A stretch of DNA of 64,000 bases from Schizochytrium sp. TIO01 (Eukaryota; Protista; Bigyra: Labyrinthulomycetes): assembly GCA_004764695.1 (NCBI GenBank), contig SMSO01000032.1, forward strand, positions 8,340,483 through 8,404,482. The letters are read 5' to 3'. This document shows positions 44,794 through 57,239 of this stretch, in pieces. Each line of letters begins with the position of its first letter. The stretch's first letter is position 1. Below the pieces are notes generated by a model. That model was not told the DNA's origin and did no database searches. It was given only the letters and a program-made list of their open reading frames with translations. The translations under genes were made by a program, and so were the position numbers.

Positions 44794-47094
44794 AGGAGCC
44801 GGGGGTGCGTACTTTGGGTTAGCGTGATAAAGTGGGCTAGCGATCTCTATATATATATGTGTGTGTATGTATGTATGTGTGTATGTATATATGTGGAGAC
44901 CCCGAAGCTGGCTCAAGCACGGTCTCCGATATCGTTGCCTTCCTTGAGGTTTAGACGATTTGCTTGACGCTTGATGCGAGGCTGTGGCTTTGGGGCGAGC
45001 GCGGGTAGCTAGCCAGCTGGGTTTGCTTGTGGCTGGGCTGCTGCTGCTCTGTACACTGACTGACTGACTAACTGACTGTGTCGTCTGGAAGAGAAGATGG
45101 AGTGAGTTGTTTGTTTGTTTGACTGCTCCGGTTTCGAATGCGAGAATCCCGTGCGGCGAGATGCAGATGGGGAGAGAGAAAGGGGTTTGGAGGCTTTCCT
45201 GACCTCCTGCCAGGCTGGTGGAGAGCGGCGGCGGCGGTGCTGGCTGGCTGGCTTCGCGACGCTGGCTAGTGCAACTGCTTCCTTTGTTTAGGTGCCACGT
45301 TCACGCTGGCGGGAACAGCGTTGAAGCAGGGCGCGAGAAGGGGGTTTGGTTTGCTCTCTCTGCTTTCCTCACTTCTTCTTCTTCTTCATTCTGAGTTTTG
45401 AAAGAAAACAAAACAACTAAAATGTTTTCAGAATAAAGTGCAAACAGAGCATTGATTTCCAGAAATACAACATTTGATTGACACTATCCTATATTGCGCT
45501 TGCGCGTTAGTAAATCTACAAAGAACTGTTTACCTTTTTTTTTAATAATTCTATTTTAACTTTTAATTAAAAAACAAACAAACCACAATAACAGGAAAAA
45601 AGAGGGAAAAAGAGGAAAAAACACCCCTAAATTTATTTCTTTATTTCTTTATTTCTTTATTTATTCATTCATTCATTCATTCATTCATTCATTCATTCAT
45701 TCACACTCACCGAATCTCTGAGAAGTCTCACTTCCCTCCTAAGGTATTCAGTAGCGGGTTCTTTAACGCATTCAGTTTCCCAAATGGTGAAAATTGAAAC
45801 ACCTTTTTGCCGTATATACTGCTAGTGTTTAGGTTAGATGCACCCCTGCACCGCTGTGCATTGGCCAATAGGAAGAAGAGGGAAAGTGGGATGAAGAATG
45901 AAGGAATGAATAGAAGCTAACAATAAGAAGGGCGTCGATCTCTTAAGCGCACGCTCCAGGCAGAAGGAAGGGTTAGTAGGCAGGGCTGAGCTAGCGAAGG
46001 AGAGCAAAGCTCAGATGGGAGTGGCAGGCCACACTCAGGAGAGAGAAAGCGGCGGATGCTCTGCGGGTGAGAGTTCACTGTTCGCATTTGAAGCTAATCA
46101 CAGTGGCGATGGTCAACATCATCAACTAATTTTCATTTCTTCGACTTGTGTCTTGAAACTTAAATATTTTTAATAAATTATTTTAATTTAATTTAATTTA
46201 ATTTAGTTTTATTTTATTTTATTTTATTTTATGATAAAATTAACTCATATGCGATGGATGTATCCCATTTGGAGAATGAAGATAAATGCATTCATGAGAA
46301 GCACTACGACCACAAGCGAAGGGAAATCAGAAACCCGAAGAGAATCGACGGCAGGCACATGTTTAGGATTGCAGGGCAGAGGGTGCGTGGAATTAATGGC
46401 TGCCGACAGACGGCGACCCCAATCGATTTGCCATGACTCAGGTGGGCTATGCGTGACTCGAATCATGTGTCGTGACACGCACGATTCATGAGCAATTTGC
46501 ATTCATTCCACCTTCCTCGAAGCAGCTACATAAGGTAGTTAGGATCATCGATTTAGTCAGATTTGCTCATTTACACGAAGAATTAATTAATTGCACGAAT
46601 GCATGACTGACTGACTGCTGACTGACTGGCTGACTTGTAAGTGCAGAAGCTGGTTTAGGCTGCCTTTGGTGAGCCGTGCCTTCTTCCTCTCCAATCAGAT
46701 GCTTTCCGCTGCGAAGAGAGCTGTTCATGCCCATTCATTCATTTATTCGTCATCTCTGCGATGTAATCTATCGCTTTTGTTCAGGATTCAGAATTCATTC
46801 CTTCATTCCGGATCCTCTCATTCCAAGAACTCCTAGCGGGGTGGATACCGACCCTTAGGCGGTCCGTCTGCCTGGCTGCCTGCTAGAGAGTGAGTTAGTT
46901 AGCTAGTTAGTTAGTTAGTTAGGTGGTCTCTCCTGCTCCTTCTTCTCTCTCTTCTTGTTTGATTGTGGTAGCCGCTCAGGAGGAACAGCAGAAGTCTCTT
47001 TACGGGCCACGCCTGCGGTGCGGAGGCGCTCTGGAGACCACTCGATGAGCCAGCCAATGCATCATTTGAGGTTATATGCACGGCACCTCATGGA

Positions 47095-47262
47095 CATTCA
47101 TTCATTCAAGTTCATTTATTCATTCAAGTTTGTTTATTTCCATTCATTCATTCAAGTTCATTTATTCATTCAAGTTTGTTTATTTCCATTCATTCATTCA
47201 AGTTCATTTATTCATTCAAGTTCATTGATTCATTCAAGTTCATTGATTCATTCAAGTTCATT
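47095..47262 (+). repeat. Compound minisatellite built from ATTC and CAAGTT units
   Basis: A 46-bp unit CATTCATTCATTCAAGTTCATTTATTCATTCAAGTTTGTTTATTTC twice, followed by 18-bp TTCATTCAAGTTCATT(T/G)A units. Confidence 0.85.
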
Positions 47263-49555
47263 GTGGAGACACTTCGAAACAGCGAGATTCGTCAAATGTA
47301 GCCAACTTTCTGCGGCTGTGAGGATGGGTGACACCAATGCAAGTCGCTTCTTCTTCTTCTTCTTCTTCTTCTTCTGTGGAGATTGGAGTTCCCGCCTTTA
47401 GAAGGAGGAATGGGTATGCGGAATGTGGCGAAGGAGAGGGAGCGAAATGAAAGAGTTGGAGTCGAGCAGTCAGTCAGACAGTCAGCTGGACTGATTTTAG
47501 GGCGATCGACACGGAGCTGCGCTGACCTCGTTGCTCCGGAAGGGTTTCTTTCTGATGGTTGATCGAAGAAGAGTAAAACTTCGAGGACGATGAGTAGGCT
47601 AGAAATTTTAGTCGATCGATGCATTGATTCATTGATTTATTCATTCATTCATTCATCTCACTGACATCCTGAAGAAAGCGCAGACTCATCGTAGATGGAG
47701 AGATGGATGCGGACTTTTGCAAAACAACTTCTTCGCAAGAATTAGAATGCTTCATGGATCGATGTGATCCATTGCGATGGAAACTACGGCAGAGATTGGA
47801 GTTTCTTCACCCAGCAGACACGAGCTGAAGGCCTTGAGACCTCGAAAAGGCGCCGAACATGTATCGATGCTAAAAATACCACACGGTGCTTTATAATAAA
47901 TTTATTATATTGCTTTTCTTATTTTCTAATTAAATCATTAAAAAAAGTAAAGAATAAAAATTGGATTTGTATTATTGTATAATTTCCATTTCTATTTTAC
48001 TTTTATAGAATTTAAACTTAATGCATGCATCTCTAGCTGCGCCCCAGCCAGGTACTATATTTAAAAAAATGTAAAGTAAACTAATAAAACACTCCTTCAA
48101 GAACTAAACTCAATATTTGCCGAGAACGGCGCAGTCTTGACGAAGCCCAAACCAGGTGTTTTCGAGGCCAACTCATCGATTGCCCAGGCCCTTGGCCAGA
48201 GCCGCCCAGGTCCGGGGCTTCCCGCTGCAGCCGCTTAAGCTGCCAGCCTCCCACGCCTCTCTTTTGACGGATGGCCTTGCATATTTGCTCACCCTGAAAC
48301 ATGTAATATGGGGATTAGATTTGCATACCAATTCGCACAATTCGTGTTGTTGCAAATTCTCGCAGAAAGCGGACATTCATCAGCACCCGCTCACTGACTC
48401 GTGGCTCTGAAGAGACCAAAAGCACGCATTGCATTTGGCAGAGGCGGCGGTACCCATAAGGTTTGCAGACGCATGCATGCATATGCGCAGGCTGTAATAG
48501 TGAATGGCATGTGCGTGGATGCCTCCAAGGACTAACGGGGAAGCACAAAGCTGACAAAGCCAATGCGAAATGCAGGAATGGGCCAAATGTGGCCAGAATA
48601 CAGATCGAAATCATCGAAGCCAATTGAAGCAGTGCTGACAAGACAACCAAGTGACGTCAAGAAGGCTGGGAAACGGACCACGCAGCTGCTCGCGTCCTCC
48701 TCCAGGCACGCGACGCGGCCTGTTCCCAGAGGTGGCGGGCAGAGAGCCCAAAACTGGCCTCATTCTATTATCTATAAACAACCATCTGAGGTCGTTCATG
48801 GGGTTCCGGGACCTAATTCGACCGGTAATGTGAAAGGGAATGGAGTCCAAATGGAGCTCCATATGATCAATCTGAGGCATGTGGATGGATGGAAAGCAAT
48901 GAACTGTAGGGCTTTGACAGCTTTAGTTGGAAACAGCGCAGACCTATCTATTATTTATAGCAAGGGATGGGTCACATTTGTTTTGTTTGTTTGTTTGTTT
49001 GTTTGTTTGGACAATGTGATGCCGATGTGATGCAATTTGGAATGGGAGAATGCGATGAAATTGAATGGTATGATATAAATGCATCTGAGTATCCTTCCTA
49101 CCCAATGAATCGATCAATCGGCTGCGCGTCGGTCGTTGCAAGAGCAGGGCTTTCAAGGCAGCGCTTCAGAAGAGCTGTGTTTCGCAGCTGCAGAAACGCA
49201 GAATGTTGCTAACCAACATCTTTCCATGGCAAGAGATGGTCTTTTTTTTCCTTTCTTTTTGTATTTAAATGAAACTAAAATGAAAATGTTTTTTTAGTTT
49301 TAAGTTTTTTCCAAAGAAGTTAATTTTTTTGTTGCAAAATTTAAGGAAAAGAGACAGAAACAGAAACGGGGAAAGAGTAGATAGATATAGGTACCTTATC
49401 GAGAGATTTCCGCCACATGCGCAGTGCAGGTCTCGGCTTCCAAGGAGGCCCAGGCTCTGATGAGAGTGGCACGCGCAGAGTGAACTCCACGATGCTCTTT
49501 CTTTGCATCGTCTCCGTTTTCACCAATCGACCGATCGACCAATCGACCAATTCCT

Positions 49556-49620
<65 letters not shown>

Positions 49621-52600
49621 GACCTGGTCAAACCCGACGAAAAAGGGAGCAATTGCAGAAAAAGAAGCGGGCAAAGCAAGAAAAGGCCAAAAAGCCGCCG
49701 CGTTTGCTCTTCTCCTTCCTTACAACCTGAGCATACATAGTGGGCAGGTACCTTCTCACCTACGTAGCACGCTCTCCTCTCGCAAGTAAGGAAATAAGGA
49801 AGTAAGGAAGCAAGGAAGGAAGGAAGGAAGGAAGGAAGTAGACCGCATTACCTATAAACGAGCTTTGCAATTTCATCATCCAATTTCAACAAATCGATTA
49901 GTTTCTTTCTGTTGCTTTGGAGTTTCACTTTTCGCTCGGATTGGTTAGTTTCCTCTGCTGTGTCTTTTGCTTCGGTTAAGTTGGTTGAGACAGCTCTCTC
50001 TCTCTCTCTCATTCACTCTTGCGCTGTCATGGACAGCTTTGGAATGAATGAATGAATGAATTATTGCGATGAATTAGAACAAATGAATGGATGAATTAGA
50101 GCGAGCCAATGAATGCATCTCGAATTGGAGCAAATGAATGGACGAATAGAGCGAATGAATCAAATGAAAGAATGACTCAGAGTGAACGAATGAATGATCG
50201 ACAGCGATGAATTGCAACAAATGAATGAATGAATGAATGAATGAATTAGAGCGATAGTGTCACTTACATCAATCAGGGCGCGTGTGCAAGACATTCCAAG
50301 ACAACGACGGGCACATGGAAATTCGCTCGCGCGCGCCCGCTCTATTCTCTCTCGCGCGCTCCCGGAACAAGCTCGCTCCTCTCCATCGAGGCGGAAGCGA
50401 CGCCAATGTGTCCGCACGCTTGAGCCTGCGTCTGCTGTGCATTGATGGCATGGCATTCATTCCTCTGCGACGTTGGTTCGGAATGTTGAGTGAAACTCAG
50501 ATATGCATTTCATGTTCTGTTTACTACAATGAGCTACGATCAATAAATTATTCTTTAGTTTTCTCTTTTTTTTATTAAAAATTGAATCAAAGCATTAAAA
50601 CACATAAAAAACTCATTCATTTCTTACTCCATTGATCTCCTCTGTTACTGCCATTGTGCTGTGAACAACAGAACAGAAGAAGTATGAGGACAGAGTTGTT
50701 TGTGCGAGGAGAGTGAAAGACAGACGCTTCGTTGCGATTTGAGGCCTCCGAAGAGTAATTAATCAACGGCGGCGAGAAATAAATAAGCAACGCGGAAGTC
50801 GGAGCTGAGTTCGCTGAGGGTCTCGGCACAGGCAGGTTGGTATCTGCGTGCGTGGAAAGAGGATGGATTAACAAACGAAATTGAAACCCGGACCACGGCC
50901 TTTCGATGTTTAATGGCAACACACACATATATACACACACACGTCAAGGCTCGCTTTTTAATGTTTTGTCTTTGTCTTTCATTGTTATATGTGATATGGC
51001 CACAGCGGCAAGACTCGCTCACAGCCTTTTCAGCTTCGGGCCGAGGGGAACTTGCTCTGAGAGGCGCGAGATGGGTAGGTAAGGAAGTAAGAACGATAAC
51101 TCTCCAAAGAACTTCCTCGTGTTTACATTAATCAGGCGGCTTCTACCTGCTTCAGGCTCAAGTTGGACGCGAATAACTCAAGGAAATAGGTTTCCTGTTT
51201 CCACGCAGTTGTGACAAAATTGAATTTGCAAATTATTTATTTTAAAAAAAAAATAAAAAAAAAACTTATGTCGAGGGTGCTTCTATTTTTATTTATTTTT
51301 AATGCTGTGATAACAGGTGAAAGAAGTGCAAGCGAGCAATGCCTTGCCCATCCAATGAAGTACTTTCGCAGCTATGAGAAAGTACGTTTTGCCTTTATAT
51401 GTATTTTCCTTTAATTGAAAAAAAAAAGTAAAGTGAAATTGAAAAGAGAACATTATTATTATTATCTATTATTTAAAACTAAAATAAAAAAATTAAATAT
51501 TATACTATTCCATGTGTATGCTATGACCAGAATGGGCACGCGCGGCGCGCGCAAGATAAGTTGCTGCCGAGTCCACGTGTGGAATCTGCAAGCGCAGGTC
51601 CGACGCGGCGTCCTGCTGCGCAGCCGTGCTGTGCAGTTGTGCCCAGCGTCGACCGGCCTGTTCCTCGCGCGAATCGGTTGCGGCGAGATGGTTGCTGGGA
51701 TCTTGAAGAAACTGGAAACCGCCGTTGCTGTAGGCGGACCATCTCGACATCCCTCAAACTCCTCGTCCTGTTATCAGCGCAATTGCAAATTAAAGCACGT
51801 GCTGCTTAATTTGCCCCTTTGCTTCCTCACATTAGGCTGAGCAAACAAAGAAAGAAAGAAGAATCAGTCTTCACAATCAAACTCTTGAAAGAAATGGGCA
51901 AGAGCAAGTCCCGGCAACAGGTTGAATAAACTGAGGTTGTCGATTGTGTGCAGAAGCTCAAAAGAAGCAAGTCGTTGAGGCGGCTGTGCAAGCGGGAGGT
52001 AAGAGGCGAGAGAAACCCTCAACATAAAAGCGCCTGATCCTCTGGGCCAGTGCTAAACGACTCCGACATCTGAGGTTACTTGAACGGTGCACGCCTTGAG
52101 GTGTGCAAGCAGTGGGTGTGTAGGTATGTATGTATGTATTTATGTATGTATTTTGTAAATATACCTTCATTTTATAGACCTTTGAAACTCTGATTGTAAT
52201 ACGTACTTCAACTTCACCAGTTTGAGCGCTTGCTTGCTTTCTTGCTTTTGCTTATCTCTGCATAAGCAGGGAATATAAGAAGAAAGAAAGTAAGAAAGAA
52301 AGTAAGAAAGTGGAAAGTAAAAGCCGCCGGAAATAATTCGCCTGAAATGATTGATTTTGGGTGATTGACAGGTCGGTCAATCGAGGATGTCACCCAGGTG
52401 CTCCAAAGCCATCGCCAGGCAAAGTCAATCTACCGGAGTGGACGCTCGATGTTCTCGGTCGGCAGGCAGGCAGGCACTCTCGAGGATTGCTTTGCTTTCG
52501 ACTACTGATTAGTCGAGCGATCTTCGAGCGATTTTCTTCTCATCTTGGCTCATGGGGAGGGAGAGAGGGAGGGAGGGTGAATAAATGTGTGTGCACCGCT

Positions 52601-54339
52601 GAAAGTGAGAGAAGGTGTGTGCACGAAGTGAGTTAGTGACCTCTAAGAGCGTTTAGTGTTTTTAATTTTGATGATCGAAATATCATAATTCTGGGTCCGA
52701 ACTGCGGAAGTTGATAGATCGATCTCGGGTCAATCATCTCTGAGATCGCATCGCAACTCATCAGCAAACACGCTCTGGCGCACCTACTGCCTACCTCGAG
52801 CAATCAAACAAACAACCGACTCGACGAAGCCTCGGACCCAATGAGGCGTGGCATCAAGTTCTTCTCTGAAGCTAGCTAGTGCTAAGGCCAAGGATCGAAA
52901 TCGGGTTACCTTGCGTTATCGGAATCTGCTTCGACGACGATAATAACCTTCTTCGATCTTCTCGTTATCGAGGAGGAGAAGCTAACTCGGTACGACCAGG
53001 ATCGCTCGGCCTAAGTTGCCCGCGTGACAGACAGACAACAGACAAACAAACAAGCAAACAGCTCGACGGCAACGCGCAGGCAGCACCAGGATCACGACCT
53101 TGGCGAACGCAACGTCGTCGAAGACCTTGGCTATGGTTTCATAAATATCATCGATAGATATGCGGATTCACGGCTTCCCAGGCGAGGTCCCAAACAAACA
53201 GCATTGTTGAAACTAATTAGCTAAATGCCCTTGAGAAACGAATGCCTTTGGGGCCCTGACGGACAGCGGCGGTTGAAGGGGTGTCAGCCTTGGCAACGCA
53301 AACAAACAAACAAACTAAACAACTTACTCACAGGCATACATACATCCATCCATCAGCGAGCTTTGCATAGGGCTCGCTCGACGCCCTGAAGATCGGCCGT
53401 TGAGGATGGTGGTCAAATATAGCCGAGCATATGAATTAAGTGAAGTGAGTTGTGAATATAATGGGATCTGTGAATGAACAACACTTTCTTTTAATTAATT
53501 CATGTGGACTGTACTATGTATGTATGTATATATGTAAACAAATGGCGGAAGCTTGGAAATAACGAACAAAAATTAAAGATCAGAGTTGTGCTCTCTAAAA
53601 GGAAAGAAGGAAGGAAAGAAGCATTTCATAAGAGTGTGAAAGTGCGCCCTAGGAAGAGGAAGAAGAGGAACTTGAGGTACAGACCCGCCGCACCGTCATT
53701 TTGTAGGCAGAGGCAATGAAATATTCAAGCCCAAAGAAACTCTGCGAAGAATGGAATGGGGTCAGCACAACGCAGGACTTGTTGTTTGTGAATGTGGCAG
53801 CTAAAAGACGATTGATAGCCTTCACATCACTTTATCTAGATACTTGATGTGAAGGATGGAGAATGGAGGTAAGGAATGAAGTATTTATTATATTAAGTTG
53901 CAATTTATGCAACTTTGTAAACGGTGGGGGTGGTGAATATCTAATGCGAGGCGGCAACTGATATGGTTGTACCGTTGGATTCTACCTCGAGTTCAACGTA
54001 TGCTTGGATTGCTCGAGATCATCATCTTGTTTTGGGAAATCGCCACGAGGGCTAAGTGCTGGCTGGGCACTGGGACTAAGTTGAGTTATTTCTGCTTGTT
54101 TTTTAGTTGATTAGGAAATTTCGCCAAGTGTCCCAGAACGTCATGGTTTGAGATATATGCCAAGGCCAAAGGACTTCTTTGAACAGCTCGTCGAACCAAA
54201 TACTTGTATGGAATGTACCAGTAAACTTGAAGAGAGAGATGGAAAGGGAAAAGTTTGGTTCTCTAAAGTGGGGGCAAATAGGTTCAAGTTTTTAAAACAG
54301 TATTTTACAAATGTGTGCCAAATTTGATCGGTATTCCTC

Positions 54340-55143
54340 TCAAGAAAGACTGCCACTACGCGAGGCACGTGCTTCTTGACCCTCCATTAGGGATGCTGAA
54401 CGAGCTACAGCAACACGGTGTTGTAAATTCTGCACACGGCGAGATATATGGGACATCTTTTGCATAAGTACTGCAACTTCGCGGACACGCTCATGTAAAT
54501 ATTTCCCCGCATCTCCATCAAAGTACTCGCGAGACATAATGTTAAACGCCCGCAACTTTTCCGTGGTTCCGGACATGTCACTCAAGGCCTCTGTCTGTAA
54601 CAATGCAATAGGCTCAAGATCCGAGGGTGTCACCATCTCGTACAACTTACGCGCCACATAAGACCCTGCCAAAGTCGGGGACTCGCCCGAACTCCCCTTA
54701 GGATCGCCATTTTCAACGTCATCATTGGCACTAGCCACGCGCATATTGAGGGACTTTGACCCGTTGCCCACGGGCTTCAAGTCCTTCCCAGATTCTGAAA
54801 AGCTTTGTGCATCGCTTTTTTCAAATTGTCCCTCATCTCTAGCATCACCTACACCTTGGTTTCCATATGTAACACTATTTGGGCCTTTGAGACTCAAGGT
54901 GGCGTCACGAATGTTGCCGTCGAGCAAATGATCTGAGTTGCCCGATGCGCCTTGTCCCGGGACGTAGCTGCTAACAAGATCGTCCAGTGCTGCGAGCTCA
55001 GCTCTGAGATCCGCCGGCACGCTGTTCACAAGATCGGCCTCATTGAGAGAAACGAGGCCCTCGCCGCCCAGGCTCGACTCCACTTCCTCTAGCAACGCCA
55101 GCTCGTCCGCGGTCAGCGTGAACTCGCTTCCCTTGTCAGTCAT
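54340..55143 (-). CDS. KxDL-domain (KXD1/BORCS4-like) protein
   Basis: ATG at 55143. C-terminal LYEMVTPSDLEPIALLQTEALSDMSGTTEKLRAFNIMS..MQKMSHISRRVQNL follows the KxDL-domain pattern (Q...L..FN..S...IR.L), but the KxDL motif itself is degenerate. Confidence 0.6.
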   Translation of the reverse strand: MTDKGSEFTLTADELALLEEVESSLGGEGLVSLNEADLVNSVPADLRAELAALDDLVSSYVPGQGASGNSDHLLDGNIRDATLSLKGPNSVTYGNQGVGDARDEGQFEKSDAQSFSESGKDLKPVGNGSKSLNMRVASANDDVENGDPKGSSGESPTLAGSYVARKLYEMVTPSDLEPIALLQTEALSDMSGTTEKLRAFNIMSREYFDGDAGKYLHERVREVAVLMQKMSHISRRVQNLQHRVAVARSASLMEGQEARASRSGSLS

Positions 55144-55632
55144 TGCGTGAGTGGAACGTTGCCACACCCGCGTTGAGCTCGTAGTCAGAATCGAGAGATT
55201 CGGGAATGGATGCGTTCCTTTTTCTCTTTGTAGCTTGGCCGCAGAGTCGTTTCAAAAATAAAATCTTCAGGTATTTACAAATGTCAAGATACAGCTCAAA
55301 TGACATGATAGAATTATAATGAAGCCTCAGGAACCAAGGTGAGCATGAATGCTCTTCCCCACAATATTGTGAAGCGTACAGAATATCCGACTATATAATA
55401 AATAGCAGTGAATCAAACTACTGAGTGCTGATTTAACTCCATATCATTGAAATCTTTGTTGACAATAGAAGTTAACAACTCAAAGGGAATGCATATCTGC
55501 AACAAGCGTCTGCAGCGGCCCACGGAGCCGCATTCAATATAGTATAGATATATTCATTTTATAAGTTATAAGCCAGGGTTGCCATGGCACGTATAAATAG
55601 ATCAATAAACACAAACTATACCCAAAAAAAGT

Positions 55633-56775
55633 TCACGAAAGTCTCACTTCGATATGTTCCTCCACGAACATAGAGTTACGGAACAGACCTGATTGAGTTT
55701 TGGAGGGATTTATAAAAGGAGCAGGCAGGCTTTCTCGAGTAGCATTTACTAGCAAACGGCCATCTGCTGAGACGCGGAGCTTATCGATGCAGATGCGGCG
55801 ATCCTCACCCGTGTACGTCGGTCTTCTTTCCATTTTCTGGTGATACAAGACCCACATATCTCCAGCATCATCTGTGGTAATAGCAAGATGCCCAGGTCCG
55901 AAGACAGTCTCGGATTTGTGCATAATCGGATTATCCGGGCTTCGCTCAAAGGGTCCAAGCGGGGAAGAAGAGGTAGCATACCCAATTGCGTAATCCTCCA
56001 GATAAAAGTAGGACCCCGAATAAAGTAAATAGTAAGTGCCATTTTTCTCAAAAACCCACGGAGCTTCATTGATTTCGCCACCATGCATCTCCCAAGGGAT
56101 GCCTTCATGGGCTATGACAAGAACAGGCGAAGCATCGGCATCAAGTTCTGTTGGAGAAGACATTTTATGAACAGAAATCTCTGATGACGGAAGATTCACG
56201 TAATATAAATATAAGTCATTGCCATCTTCCAAGACGAAAGCATCGATTGCGTTCGGGATCAGCACTGTCACATGTTCGAATGGACCATACGGCGAACTTG
56301 CACGTGCGACACCAACGCGCGTACTGAGTGAATAGTATAAGTAAAAAGATTCACTTCTTTTGTCGTAAAAGACGTGCGGTGCCCAGGCGAAAGGCAATCG
56401 GTCAGGCGGGTCAAAGACCACAGGACCACGTTTCCAGTTCACAAGATCCGTGGATAGAAATACACGGTATCCATGATCCGTCAGTGCATTGCCTTTAGGT
56501 GATAAATAGTACTGATCGCTGAAGTCTTCGTTGGTAGGGAGGTCACTTTTGTGAACATCTCCTGTCGCATACATGTAGTACATACCCTTGTAGCGCATAA
56601 CCACAGGGTCGGCCAGTTGAATGTTTGGCAAAACTGGGTTGGTGTAAATATCATTCCGTAATTGAGGGTGGTAGATTGTTGTATAGTTGTCCCACGGCCC
56701 GAGCATCCGACCATCTGAAGGCCGAAGCGTAAACAGTGCTGTGAGGACTGCCACAAGGCAGCTTTTAGCGCCCAT
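55633..56775 (-). CDS. Secreted glycoside hydrolase family 43 (five-bladed beta-propeller)
   Basis: Signal-peptide-like N-terminus; NPVLP..LADP (base Asp), WAPHV, AIDAFV (pKa-modulator Asp), NEAPWV (acid Glu), YYLLYSG, GPGH. Confidence 0.92.
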   Translation of the reverse strand: MGAKSCLVAVLTALFTLRPSDGRMLGPWDNYTTIYHPQLRNDIYTNPVLPNIQLADPVVMRYKGMYYMYATGDVHKSDLPTNEDFSDQYYLSPKGNALTDHGYRVFLSTDLVNWKRGPVVFDPPDRLPFAWAPHVFYDKRSESFYLYYSLSTRVGVARASSPYGPFEHVTVLIPNAIDAFVLEDGNDLYLYYVNLPSSEISVHKMSSPTELDADASPVLVIAHEGIPWEMHGGEINEAPWVFEKNGTYYLLYSGSYFYLEDYAIGYATSSSPLGPFERSPDNPIMHKSETVFGPGHLAITTDDAGDMWVLYHQKMERRPTYTGEDRRICIDKLRVSADGRLLVNATRESLPAPFINPSKTQSGLFRNSMFVEEHIEVRLS

Positions 56776-57040
56776 GAGTCCAATGGCGCCTCGAGAACAG
56801 AGTGCTTAGCTACTAACACCGCAGAGCAAGGAGCACTGAGGCCAAGAAAACAGAAACACCTTGCGCGCAGGCCTTGATTCTCGTTGCAACATCAAAATCG
56901 ATGGGACGCAATAGAGGCAATCAGCTTCTTCGCTGCGAGGTTGGAGATATGCATTGGACTGTGTGCTGGTCAACAGCGTCTTTTGGAATGAAGCTGAGAT
57001 TGAATGTAACTCATGTCAGTTCTGAAACAGAACACAATAG

Positions 57041-57175
57041 GTAATTTGTACATCCTCTTAAGCTTAAGCAGCGGAGTCAGAAAGAAAGCAAACAGGATTA
57101 GCACTAACTATATATAAGGATCACCAGTAGGCCAGCTCCTTTTTTTTTTTTTTTTCCTGTTTTTTTGTTTGACAG
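57041..57175 (+). other. Probable intron 5' of B9D1
   Basis: AG|GTAATT donor, CACTAAC branch motif (~57102), long poly-T tract, GACAG| acceptor. Confidence 0.65.
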
Positions 57176-57239
57176 AGGACCATTGTGGAGTTCCGTTGAG
57201 GCATTAAATAGGCCTATAAATGTTCTGACGCAATTAGTG

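Larger units (their letters stand above)
43400..54000. repeat. Second SSR-rich non-coding region
   Basis: (AAAG), (CTAA/CTAG), (GTT), (AAAC), (ATTC) 45663-45702, (TTCT) 49555-49618, (GGAA) and (GAAT) arrays; track ORFs here are repeat-derived. Confidence 0.85.

Noticed and set aside
47095-47262. CRISPR-like appearance of repeated TTCATTCAAGTT units
   Set aside because: No unique spacers; the units are tandem SSR derivatives, there are no cas genes, and the context is eukaryotic.
49341-49740. ORFs with KKER/FFLS repeats
   Set aside because: Translations of the (TTCT)n microsatellite.
55578-55590. X-box-like GTTGCCATGGCAC about 1.6 kb upstream of ciliary B9D1
   Set aside because: It lies just 3' of the GH43 gene, is imperfect, and RFX factors are not expected in stramenopiles; probably chance.
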